Of a stretch of 64,000 nt of DNA, positions 36,894-50,909 are shown one piece after another. Position numbers and translations under genes: made by a program. This stretch comes from Octopus bimaculoides (lineage: Eukaryota), in the NCBI RefSeq assembly GCF_001194135.2, contig NC_069004.1, positions 19,754,709 to 19,818,708 on the forward strand, in the 5' to 3' direction. Within the stretch, counting starts at the first letter, position 1. Every line of letters starts with the position of its first letter. The notes beneath the pieces were generated by a model, which had not been told where the DNA came from, ran no database searches, and saw only the letters and a program-made list of their open reading frames with translations.

Positions 36894-39800
36894 TCATACA
36901 TGTGAGAGCTTTGTAGTTTGCTTGAAGCATTGTAGTCTAGAAGTAGAAAATGAAAGGAAAGCTTCTCACAATGCAGAAAGTTTTACAAAAAAACTTTATA
37001 TTTCAGGCAAAAAGGCTTATCTTCAGAAGAAAGCATTTCCAAGAAATGTGTATTTACATCAATCTTGTTATTTCATATTTAATTGCTCAGTGTTTGGATT
37101 ATTTCCCTTCTCTTCCATTTTCTAATTCATACACCCAGGGTACTGTTGTGTCTTGGGTATTTTTAGATCTAATGTAGGTAGCCCATCTCTCTCCAGCTCT
37201 GAAAACAGTACATTTGTTTGAGCATGAGAGACAGACAAGGCATACCAAAAGAAAGTGAGGGGGAGTGGAGGGGGGGCAGAATCCAAATTAGTACTGGACA
37301 GCTACTTTGATTGATTGACCCCCAAAAGGATAAGAGGCAAAGTTGATTTTGGCAGAACGCAGAGAGATGGAACAATTATTGCAAAGCAATATATCTGATG
37401 CTCTACCGACTCCTCTGTGCATGAGTGTGTGTGTGTATGTGTGTGCATTAATGTATAGCTGGGTGGGTTTTCTCAAACATTCTGTATTGCTAAGCATCTT
37501 GGCCTTTTGTTTTTGTTTTTTTTCAATTTAGAAACTGGAAAAAGATGTGACAATTTCTCCTAATGGCATCGTATTTGTTAAAGAACACATTCGCAAAGGA
37601 ATAATTTCAAGGTATTTATAAATAGTTTCTTTAATTTCTTCAAATTAATTATCATTTAAATAAATTTCTGAAAACCCTGGAACATGTGCGTGCGTGCGTG
37701 CATGCATGTTTATTTGTTTCTATGCATTTGTGTTTGTATATGAGTGTGTGTCTACTTGCATGAATGTATATTTTTTTCTTTTATCTTTTACTTCTTTCAG
37801 TCATTAGACTACAGCCATCTCTTCATGCAATAGATTGAGTTCATTGAAGGGCCTTGAAATTTTAGGGATGTCCAGTTCTTTTCTTTTCTTTTTTTTTTCT
37901 TTTTTGTTTTTAACATTTTGACCTTATTTTTTTACTGTTGTAATATAAAGACTTCAGGTTAACCATTTGGTCTTACAATATTATAGAATTTGTTATTGTT
38001 GGTGGTATGGTAATGTTGTTTTTCTGAACTCACTGCATTTATTTGGATGCTTTTGGATTGCTTTGTAATCACAAAATAGCCAGTTCTTAATCAAATTGTG
38101 TAGAATTCTGGTCAGGTGTCTTTTACGGTTCCTTGGTCAGCCCAAGCTTTATAAGAGAAATTCTATTGACAGAAACTATATGGAATCCTGTAGAATAAGA
38201 TTGCACTTATAATTTAAAAATTCACTCTTATCACATAATGTGCCAAGCTTATTATAATGCATCACCTAAGAATTGAATCAGGGACAGATGTGTCTCTGAG
38301 TGCTCAGCAGTTCATTGAGCTGATAGTTCAGTTGATCAACCTACTGAATATTCAGTGTTGCAATAGAGATTCAAGAACTTATCAACTTCTCTGGTGTTAG
38401 TGCCACAATAAAGTGCGTCCTGTACACTCTATAAAGGATGGGGCGGAGAGGACCATTTTTGGTCTTGTCAAGGACATGACAACTCCTCTAGTGCTGGTGT
38501 TATTATATAATGCACCCTGTACACTCTGTAGAGTGGTTTGCAATAAGAAGTACATCCACCGAAGAAACCAAGCTAAGATTAACACAAACAAACACCAGTT
38601 CATGAGAGCAGGGGCTTCCAATAAGAAATAGTTTGGATCATGGCAATTCATCCAGTCCATATCACCATTTGAAAGTGAATATAAAACGATGGTCATTTGC
38701 TTTTTTTTTGCTGACATTCAAATACTTGGCACCAACTGATTTGAAATGAAGGAACAAACCTTTATGCACAGACTTTCTGCGGGATTTAGTGAATATGCTT
38801 TACCTTTGCCATTTAAAGTTGATATTTAGAAAGCAAAAGTTTATCATCTTATAATTGGGAGAGGATTAGTTTTTTTTTAATTTTTCTTTTTAAGTGTTGT
38901 GTTGCTGGAAGAACAGAGAAATTGTTATTTATATCATAAAAGAAGATATTTTAACCCTTTAACATTCAAACAAGTCGTATCCAGTCCAAATATTCTTCCT
39001 GGTCTATGTTGAAACCAGCCTAGATCAAGACTCTCTCACCTACCTTTCTTAAAGTAAACAACCACATCATTGAAATCTTAAAGCTACAAGATAAGGCACG
39101 ATTAATTCAAAGCAATGTGAATGAATAAGCATTACATTTGACAGAGTAATCTGAATACTAAAGGATTAAATGGTGGGGTGGGGGTGGGGGGAATTTGATT
39201 CTCAGACAATAATGTTCTGTTACTGCTTTGATCCCTGTTTCAGTCATTTGATTGCAGAAATCAACCCCAAGAGTTATTCTTTGTAAGCCTAGTACTTATT
39301 CTATCGGTCTCTTCTGCCGAACTGCTAAGTTACGGTGTTGTAAACACACCAACACTGGTTGTCAAACAATGGTTGGGGGACAAACAGAGACCCCAAAACA
39401 CACATAAATATATACATACATATATATTTACGACGGACTTCTTTCAGCTTCTGTCTACCAAATCCACTCACAAGGTTTTGGTCAGCCTGAGGCTATAGTA
39501 GACGATACTTGTCCAAGGTGCCACGTAGTGGGACTGAACCCAGAACCATTTGGTAAGCTTCTTACCACATAACCACACCTGCCCCTATATAATACATATT
39601 TTTCTTTGTGTTTTTCTAGGATGGTAGAAGAAATTTTGAATACTCGTCTGATGGTCAAAAAATCAATGAAAAATTGTGATGACAAAGTAAGTCAAATTAT
39701 CATTGTTCAGTTGCTTCTTTCATTTAAAAAAAGTTTTTTGAAAAAAAATGTTTTTTAATTTCTTTGCTTTAAATATTCTTTTTATCATAAAATCATTTTC

Positions 39801-42800
39801 TGTGCAGATCATTTGACAACTGGATTCATATTCATCAATTGTTTTCTACAGTATTGAAGTGGAATTTGGCCACAGCAAGGCTCCAAGCCTCACTCATCTG
39901 ACATTTTCCACTGGTACCAAATATAAATACATACATACACTATATGTACATATACAAAAAGAAAGAAATCAGTCTCCCTCATTATCATCATCATCTTTCA
40001 ACAGCCATCTTCCATGCTGGCATAGGTTAGACCAGTGCTTCTCAAATTATCTGATGTGGTGTACTGACAGTTTTTTTATTTTCCAATGTGCCAAGGACTA
40101 GTAATATTTCTTAGTAATATTAATTTGTACCAGAAACAATATATATAATGAATATAATAAAAGTTGACAATTTTTTTTTTAATATTATATTTATTTTGTA
40201 AACAAATAATACAATATTATATAAGCATTTTACAATGTTTCTTTTTTTCTGGAAACTTGCTGCATACCGGCAGCTGATGGCTCGCAGACCAGCACCAGTC
40301 CATGGACCACCACTTTGAGTAGCACTGGGTTAGACAGTCTGACAGGCCCCAATGGAGGGGTCAGAGGACTACATCATGCTCAAATACTTACTTTGGCACA
40401 GTTTACAGAGTGTACTGGGTGCATTTTTCATGGCATCCACACCATGAGGTCACTGTGTAGCTTGACCTGGCTCTCCATCATTTACGAATTTTCCAGTTGA
40501 TTCAGTCAACAGAACAGCCTGCTCATGAAATTAACATGCATGTGGCTGAGTACTCCACAGACACGTGTACCCTTAATGTAGTTCTCAGGGAGAATCAACA
40601 TGTCACACAGTGTGACAAGGCTGACCCTTTGAAATAGATACTACTCATTTTTGCCAGCTGAGTGGACTGGAGCAATGTGAAATAAAGTGTCTTGCCCAAG
40701 GACACAATGTACCACTGGGAATCAAACTCGTAGCCTTACAATCATGGGCTGAATACCCTAACCACTAAGCTATGTCCCTTCACCATGCAGCCCACAAGAC
40801 TTAAGATCCCCTTCAACTGACTGACTACAGTAGAGAGGGAAGCAGTTTTATGCTTGGAGGTTAAAGGTTAGAGTATGAAGGAAGGGCCAGAACAGGGTTC
40901 TTGCTGTAGAGGAGATACATGGATGCTGACATTATACAAGATTGGGTTGGAGTGATTGGTGTGGAGCTGAAAAAAGAGAGAGACAAAGATGGTGGTGATT
41001 TCATTCAGATGACATTGGTTGACCTGAAACAATGGTGGAACCCTAGGGATTGAACCAGAAACCATGTGATTGTGAAACAAACATCTTAACCACATAGCTG
41101 GTGGGGGTGTTTTTTCTTCTTTTTTCTCATATTTCTTTTCTTTAATCTACAGAATCTGCTGAAATTGTTGCATGCCCGACAGCTGGGGCTAAAGCTGATT
41201 GCCAATGTTACCTATGGTTATACGGGGGCCAATTTCTCTGGAAGAATGCCCTGTATCGAAGTAAGTAGTTACTATTTCTTTACATTTTCTACTGTGATTA
41301 TTGTAAACAAGTTTTAAGATTGTGAAATGCTGACATTCTTCATTCCATTCCTATCCTCTTTTTTTTTTTTTAATAGCCTACAAGGTACAATGGCTGTGGC
41401 GGTAAAGTACTGGACTGCAGACCACATGGTCATAAGTTCAAATCTTACAACCATCATTGGTTTGTATTTTTGAGTAAGAGCTCTAAATTTTGCTTGTATT
41501 ACTCTTAACCCTGAGACCAAGCCAAAGCAGATTATGGGACCCGGTGCAGCCCCTGACCTTACCAGTTTCTGTCAAGCTGCCCAACCCATTCCAGCGTTGA
41601 AAATGGATGTTAAATGATGATGATGATGATGATAGCACAAGGTCTGGTTGTAAGACTGTTTTAAGGTTGGGTATTCAACTCCCCAGACTGGTCTACATGT
41701 GGTATCTTTAGACTAGGTCCTTCACTTCATGTTGCTCCATCTACTTCCGTTGAAAACTGAGTCCCAGCATCAACTGGGAATAACATCATGACAAACTGGC
41801 ATCCTGGCAAAGGTAAAAGCTTCAAAGATTGGAGTAACAACTGCTGTTTCATCTATATTGTAGAAAGGTTATCATGATTGCTGAAGTTGTTCAATGCCTT
41901 GGCTCAGGGCCATCTTAAGACATGTGCATACAGGGAAATTGCCCAGGGACTGACTAGTCTAGGGGCTCAATTCTGATCTATGTATATTGTGTCTTGTCAA
42001 TAAAAAGTACTATAGGGCCCAGTGAATTGATTTACTCTAGGGCCTATAAAGCCGTTAAGATGGCCCCACCTCAGCTGATACTGTTAGCTTGCAGTGCTTA
42101 ATTCAATTTCTGGCTGACACCAACAAATGCCATCTTTCTGTTAGTTCTATTGCAACTACAGTGCATACTTTGTGTAGTCACTCACCATTAAACCTAACCT
42201 TTCCATTTTTAACACAGGTGGGAGACAGCATTGTACGAAAGGCTCGAGAGACACTGGAAAAAGCAATAAAATTGATTGAAGATACACCTAGTTGGGGAGC
42301 AAAAGTGATATATGGAGATACAGACAGGTAAGTTAATGACAGCTGATTCTGTGATCTTTCTGGGAACATCTTTAACCCTTTAGCATTCAGATTTTTTCCA
42401 TCAAATGTAATGATTATTTATTCACATTGATTTGAATTTGTCATGCATTACCTTATAGCTTTGAGATTTCAATAATGTAATTGTTTATTTTTAGAATAAT
42501 ATTGTAGAGTAAGTGTGAGAGGCTGGATGGATCTGCCCAGTTTGAAGATAAAACAGAGCTGAATATGGCCAGTTTGAAATCTTTGAAATTTACATATATA
42601 CAAGATGGTCTATAAATTTGAAAAACATTCAGAAAAACAAAGGAGAAATGAACAACTTAGAGTTTATTGAAAATCACAGGCAGGCACAAGTGTGGCTTTG
42701 TGCTAAGAAGCTTACTTCCCAACCACAAACCTCCTGGTTCAGTCCCACTGCATTGCTTGGGCAAGTATCTTCTACAGTTTCTGGCTGACCAAACTCTTGT

Positions 42801-45800
42801 GAGTAGATTTGGTAGAGGGAGAATGAAAGAAGCCCATATATCTATGTGTGTATGTCTTTGTTCCCCTCCCCACTGCTTGACAACTTGTGTTGGCGTGTTT
42901 ATGTCCCCATAACTTAGCTGTCTGGCAAGAGAGACTGAGAGAATAAGTACCAAGCTTAAAAAGAAAATGAGTACTGGAGTTGATAAATTCAACTAAAAAT
43001 TCTTCAAGTCTGTGCCCCAGCAGTCCAATGCTGTAGTCTAATGCCTGAAACAGGGAAAAGATAAAAGAAAAGAAAGTGTAAGACAAAGTTTTCTTAGAAA
43101 CATCAGAGCACTTCCACACAGGCTTCATTGGTTGCATGCAACCTGATGAGTTATCCCTAATATTTTTCAAATTGTAAAGGTAATTTATGGATACCCTGTA
43201 TTTTGATCTAGGGTCATAGAAGTTTTTGAAATTTACAGACAATTTGATCTTAAATCAAATTGTAGCATATATACTAACATATGGGACAGGGAAGTGAAGA
43301 CACATGGCTCAGTGGTTAGAGTGTCGAGCTTACGATCGTGAGCTTGTGAGTTTGATTTCCGGACCAGGCTGTGTGTTGTGTTCTTGAGCAAGACATTTTA
43401 TTTTTTCATGTTGCTCCATTTCACTCAGCTGTAGAAATGAGTTGTGACATCACTGGTGCCAAGCTGTATCGGCCTTTGCCTTTCCCCTGGATAACATCAG
43501 TGGCATGGAAAGGTGAGGCTGGTATGCATGGGCAAATGCTAGTCTTCCATAAATAACCTTGCCTGGACTTGTGCCTCGGAGGGTAGCTTTCTTGGTGCAA
43601 TCCCATGGTCATTCATGACAGAAGGGGGTCTCCTCCAAAAGGACAGGGAATCTTTTGAAAATCATACAGTTTGATCTAGGATCAAACTGTAGCATACATG
43701 CCCCATTTCCTTTCCAGAATTTTTTGATTGGTGAGAGCTTGTGTTAACTGAAATCTCATATTATCATTCATTTTATGAGATTTTGGTAGGAAACATAAAT
43801 GCTTCAGTCTGAGCAATTCTAGGTGACTTGATATCCTCCTTCTTCTGTGAGTGAACTCAGACACTCCCAATAAATGACCCCCACCAGTAGGCAGATTTTC
43901 CAATTTTATTCCAGTCTTGCACACATTGGTTGTTATAATAAAGCTTGGTTAATCTCTCCATCAAATGCTGTGGATAAGCTTCCAAACCAACTGATTTACT
44001 GTCTCAGTACAACCTCATCTTGACTCCTCGGACAGGGACCGATAAATCTTAACACTTTAGAATTTAAACCAGCCATAACCAGCCCAAATATTCTACATGT
44101 TTTATGTTCAAACCTGCTAGATCTGGTCTCTCTCACCTATCCTACAATGTTGTTCTAAAAATAAAGTCACACATTTGATATCTCAAACTATGATTAATTC
44201 AAAACAATGTGAATAAATAAACATTACAATTGACAGTTTTTATTGGAAATAGGTTACCATAAAGTTCAGCATTGGGTTTGATTCCTTCCATAATATATTG
44301 AATGTTGTGCATAGAAATCTTCTGTGCCTTGAAGCTGATTTTGCAGAGCTTGGATAGTGACTTGGTATTAAGTAATAAATACTTAATCTAACCAGTCTAT
44401 AATTAACCAATCTAGTATTTTTTTTTCCATACTTTCAGTATCTTTATCCAGTTGAAAGGTTACAGTAAAGAAGGTGCCATCATACTGGGCCAACACATTG
44501 CACAAGTTGTAACAGAGAACAATCCTAAACCTGTTAAACTGAAATTCGAGAAGGTAAGTCAATGTTCGGTTGAATAGACTGTGCTCTTTAATATACAAGC
44601 ATCACCTAGGCATTGGTGTGGCTATGTGGTAAGAAGCTTGCTTCCCAATCACATGGTTCTAGGTTCAGTACCTGGTACCTTGGGCAAGTGTCTTCTACAA
44701 TAGCCAGAGGCTGACCAAACCCTTGTGAGAGGATGTGGTAGACAGACATTGAAAGAAGCCCATGAGCCCATCATATATGTGTTAGTGTGTATATGTTTGT
44801 GTATTTCTTGCCAATGTATATTAATGAAAGATCTAAATACTGGTTTCACACTTTGTCACAAGGCCAGCAACATCAGGAAAGTAGAACAAGTCAATTGTAT
44901 CAACCCCAGTGATTGACTGGTACTTACTTTATCAACCTTGAAAGGATGAAAGGCAAAGCTCACCTCAGCATCATTTGAACTCAGAACATAAAAATAGACA
45001 AAACACCACTAAGCATTTTGCCTGGTGCAGTAACAATTCTGCCAGCTCACCGCCTTAGAAAGAGCTAAAATATTGGCAATAAAAACAATAAATTGGTGCA
45101 TTTGAATAAAAATGCTTTGTGCTATTTATCCTCTTGCCAAGGTAGCAGGTATTCTCACCATTGTAGATGCAACGAAACTAGTAAACCCATAACTAATATG
45201 TCATTCTTGTTCACAAAGTACAATTAAAAAAATAATAAACCATGTTTCATTTTTTTTCTGTTTGTTTGTCTCAGGTGTATCTACCATGTGTACTGCAAAC
45301 TAAAAAGCGGTACTCAGGGTTTATGTACGAGTCTGTTAACCAGAAGGAACCAGTGTTTGATGCCAAAGGAATTGAGACAGTGAGGCGAGATGGATGTTCT
45401 GCTGCTAGTAAGGTAATTTAAACTCTTGAGTTTCATTGTTTATCATCATCATTATTTAATGTCCACTTTTCGATGTTTGCCATGGGCAGACAGAATTTGT
45501 TGAGGTGAATCTTCTATGGCTGAATGCTCTCTCTCTGTTAGCAACCCTCATTTCCCGTGGCCAGACTATTGGAAATGAAGGATACTGCTTGTATGACAGT
45601 GACACTTGCTTACAGCTATCACATGATGTCAAGGGAAAGAGACAGTAACACACACACACACATGTATGTGTGCATGTGTGTATATATATAAATTAAAACA
45701 GAAATGAAAAGGCAAACCATTTGGCAAGGAAATTTCATTTAGATACATAAGAAAAAGGCATACATAGACACAGGCTTCCTAATCACGTGGTTCCGGGTTC

Positions 45801-45899
45801 AGTCCCACTGTGTGGCACCTTGGGTGTCTTCTACTATAGCCTCAGGCCAACCAAAGCCTTGAGGGTGGATTTTGTAGAAGGAAACTGAAAGAAGCCTGT

Positions 45900-45934
<35 letters not shown>

Positions 45935-48900
45935 GTGTGTGTCTGTATTTGTCTCCACGGCCATCACTTGATAACTGATGTTGGTGTTTACAGCCTTGTA
46001 ACTTAGCGGTTCAGCACAAGAAACCGATAGAGTAAGCACTAGGCTTACAAAGAATAAGTCCAGGGGTCAATTTCTTTGACTAAAAGGTGGTGCTCCATCA
46101 TGGCCACAGTTAAATGACTGAAACAAGAATAGTCTCTAACAGCTGTTTCTAGAATATCCAAGCTATTGGAACTTTGTGCCGAGTGAACATTCCATAGGCT
46201 GAGTATACTGTTATCAGAGAGGGAGAGATTACGCAGATGTAACAGTGAAGGAGTATTACTCGCACATACACATGGGCATGGTTAGGTGGTTGAGATGCTA
46301 ACTTTACAATTACATGGTTTCAGGTTCAGTCCCACAACATGATGGCATGTTGGTTAAATGCCTTCTGCAATAGTCCCAGGTCAACCAAGAGTGAATTTGG
46401 TAGATGGAAACTGTGTAAAGGATTGTCATAGTGTGTATGTGTTCTGGAAAATGTGGTTCAGACAAACAACAAAGAAATTTACAAGAACAAAAGGACAACT
46501 CAAATGGATGTGCACAAGTCTGGTCCTTTCATCAATTGTGAAATGGAAAGCATCACAATTCCAGTACCAAAGACATTATTGTTTTCTTCCAGTGAGGGTA
46601 CATGTGAGCGCACATAGCCCTGTGCTGGCATCACATAAAAGTATTCATGCCAGTGCCAGGTTAAAAGCACCCAGCACACACTGTAAAGTGGTTGGAGGGT
46701 TAGGAAGGACATCCAGCCATAGAAACCATAACGAAATCAGACTGGAACTTGGTACAGCTCTCCAGCTCTTGTCAAATTGTCTAACCCATGCCAGGCATGG
46801 AAAACGGACATTAAAGGAGGAAGATGGCAGGGTTACTAATGGGAAAAAATGCAAAATGAAATGAACAGAAGGTACCAAAGGTCTTTCAACTGAAATGAAA
46901 AAAAAAATTAATGGAAGATTTTGTATCTTAAAAATAAAATACTTGTTTTCCTACTTTCAGATTTTGGAACGCTCTCTCAAGATTTTATTCACCACACGTG
47001 ATGTGTCTCGAGTGAAAAACTATGTACAGACACAATGTCGCAAAATGCTGGAAGGCAAAGTCAATCTACAGGATTTTGTGTTTGCTAAAGAATATCGTGG
47101 TATGAACACTTATCGCCCTGGCGCCTGTGTTCCAGCCTTGGAAATTGCAAAGTAAGTGAAAGTGTAAGCATGTATGCTTCTTTTACCACTTTTTATATGC
47201 AACTAGGTCTACATTAAAAGATTTTGGTGCCCCCATGTACATGTAATTCAAAATTTAAACAATAGTAAACTGTAAAATAAATTATTTTTCAAAATGAAAC
47301 AAAACTGTAAGATGGAAAATAATGTTTATTTTTGTTTCCTTCCACTTTATATTTGAAAAGCTTTCACACGATCTCAGATCAGGTCGCTTGCTATGCAAGT
47401 ACATCGCCGCAATTTCTACTTTTTTTATTGCAAAGTCTTTGATCAAATCTTTTTGTAAGATGGATGTAATTTGAGATTAGCTGCTATTTTTAGCAGAGTG
47501 AATGACTGTGTAGAACAAGTTTGGACAACCCTTTTCAGGAAGCAGACCTGAGAACTATGTTAAGGCTACACATGTTTGTAGAGTGCTCAGCCACTTGCAT
47601 GTTAATTTCACGAGCTGGCTGCTCATTGATCAGATCAACTGGAACCCTCGTCGTCATAACCAATGGAGTGCCAGTTTAGTTCTCACTCCCAGAATCATCA
47701 GTGTTGGGTAAAATGTTTTGAGGCACTTGTTCTGACTCAGTGCACTTTGAGTTGAAGTTTTACCAAGGTCAACTTTACCATTCGACCTTTCTCATTTGAT
47801 AAATAAGGTACTATCCCATCTGATGGGTTAATGGGATCGTCAGAGCAGCAGACAGGATGCTTCATGAGACCTATTCTGAATGCAATGTCTGTGATGACAC
47901 ATGCTTCTTATAATCACAAAATTAGACTCAAAGAGGAAATTAAAGAACTGTGTGGAGGAAGAAACCAAAAGGTAGAGAGTTACTGTAACAGATTAAAGTG
48001 ACAGGAAGGAGGATAAGAGGAGTATTTATAAAGGGACAGGTGGGGTAATACCTCTATGTAGTGATGTTCTAACCATTTCATCATCATCATCTTTTAACGT
48101 CTGTTTTCCATGCTGGCATGGGTTGGACAATTGGTCCGAAGCTGGATGCCCTTCCTAATGCAATCCAATTTACAGTGTGTGCTGGGTACTCTTAATGTGG
48201 CACTGGCACGAGCACTTTTACATGGTGCCACCACATGCTTTTTTACGTGGCACCAGCACAGGACCCCTACAGGCCAATCCTCTTCACCAAGAAATGCAAT
48301 CTTAACACTATTGCCATGGAGGACAGGTCTTCTTCAATTGTCAACAAATTGGTTACTGGCTTTGTGCCTCTGAAGATGAGTAAAATAAGAGATCCCTTAC
48401 ATGAAAAGCAGATGAGGGTTAGCAACAAGAAAGGCATCCAGCCGTAAAATAAATTTTTTAAAGACTACAATATTACATTCCATTGTAGCATGGAAAAAAA
48501 AGTCAAAAACAAATATTTGAAAAATATATTCTTAAATATTTTTTGTTTACTGTCATACTTAAAAAAAATTCTAATTTTTATTTAAAAAAAAAAACAACAG
48601 GAAACTGATCCAACATGATCATCGAGCAGAACCCCAATCTGGAGAACGAGTTCCTTATATAATTGTGTGTGGAGAACCAGGCTTACCCTTGATTCAACTT
48701 GTTCGTCAACCATTGGAAGTACTTGGTGATTCTAGCTTACGTTTAAATACCAACTACTACATCACTAAGGCAATTTTACCACCTTTGCAACGAATCTTCT
48801 CTCTGCTTGGAATCAATGTTTTTAAATGGTATTCCGATTTACCCAGAGTAGTCAGATATACCCACCATTCTGTACCTGAAGAAAAGAAAAAGGTATTGTT

Positions 48901-50306
48901 CTTATATATATATATATACATATTTGGTCTTTGATTTTAAAAAATCCTCACACATTCATAAGAAAAATGTTAATAATTTTCATTCATTTTTTACCTTTTT
49001 TTTTATTGTTTAGTTAGGGGGAGAAACAGCAGTATCCATGACCCTTTCCAGGGCCTCTGAGACTGGTGGGAAAGAGGGAGAAAGAGCAGGAAGTATCCCC
49101 AATCCAGAGAACTAGCCCAAATGCTTGCAATAGGTAGATTCCACTAAAGATCATCATCATCACCACCATCTGGTCTGGTGACTTGCCTAAATCAATTCAG
49201 CTCTTCCATGCCAGGTATTCTTATTGAATAATGTGGCATGAACGTTTGGTTTGGGTTTTAGTCACATTGGTCTTTCACTAACTGAAATATCTCATCTGCC
49301 CACATCATGATTAAAGGTGGTAACAATTGTTTGCTAAGTGGACAGGCTGATCCTGGTCATTGACAGTTTGTTATCTGTTCACCTGTGCAGTATCGATGTG
49401 ATATCTGCCATTGACTCAATAAGTTCATCTGCTGAAACAGTTCACGTTCACCATGCTGCATCCCACAATTTTAATGTGTCATGGTTCAGGTGGTTACATG
49501 TTATTTAACTCATTGTTGGGACCCTGACAGGTGCTACTACTCTGGATCAGAGTAGACCTGTGAACAATAGTTGCCAAAGAGGTAGTTCCACACTCCTTAA
49601 AACCCTGGAAAATTCAAACCAGAGCCCCGTGACTGGACGTGGTTTAAAGTCCTACTCAGGACATTAAAGATGCACACTAAATGTAGCCAATGGTCAGGTA
49701 GTGGTTTTAAACTGTGTGAGGGATCAAGTCTGCCACCAAGATCGATCGTGATGGGATTTGAACTCAGAATGTAGAGAGCCTGAACAAATACTGCAGGGCA
49801 TCCCATCTGATGCACTAGCAAGCCAAAGATGTGAAGTGGATGAATGAAAAAGCATCAAAAGGTTTGACAGAATGGTGGGTAGATAGATGCTTCTTATAAT
49901 CACAAAATTAGAGTCAAAGAGGAAGATTAAAGTACACACACACGTGTATGTATATATATATATCTTGTGTGTACATTTAGATGTGCTACTGTTGAGTTTA
50001 GAGCTCTACGTAGATTATCATAATCCAGTTCACTTCCAGTATAGAGGCTTAACTATTACTGTATTTAGTAGTATTATCACTAGTTACGATATACAGGGAA
50101 AATACTATCTTTACTCTTTTACTTGTTTCAGTCATTTGACTGTGGCCATGCTGGAGCACCGCCTTTAGTCAAGCAAATTGACTTCAGGACTTATTCTTTG
50201 TAAGCCTAGTACTTATTCTATCAGTCACTTTTGCCGAACCGCTAAGTTACGGGAATGTAAACACACCAGCATCGGTTGTCAAGCGACGTTGGGGGAACAA
50301 ACACAG

Positions 50307-50362
<56 letters not shown>

Positions 50363-50876
50363 GACAGGCTTCTTTCAGTTTCCGTCTACCAAATCCACTC
50401 ACAAGGCTTTGGTCGGCTCGAGGCTATAGTAGAAGATGCTTTCCCAAGGTGCCACACAGTGGGACTGAACCAAGAACCATGCGGTTCGTAAGCAAGCTAC
50501 TTACCACACAGCCACTCCTACGCCTATGTTGGAAAAATTGCAATAAACAGAAGTTTAAATCATTTGTTCCTACTTAATTTTCACCATTGTAATTGTTTGG
50601 ATCTCTGCATTTGGATGTTCACAATGCAACTGGACACTTGACCATAATAGATCATCAAGGAACACTTTATTGCATTATGTAACAGAGAACTGGTTCCCTG
50701 ATGATGCATTTTGGGGTGAGGCATCCAATGCAAAGTTCCAAACAATCACAATGGTGAAATTATGTTGGGACAAATGATATAAAATTTGTGCTTATCATAA
50801 TTTCTCCTTTCTCCATAGTAACTGCGGTGAATTTGCCTTCAGAAATTGAAATATGTTACAAATATATTTTAACTAA

Positions 50877-50909
<33 letters not shown>

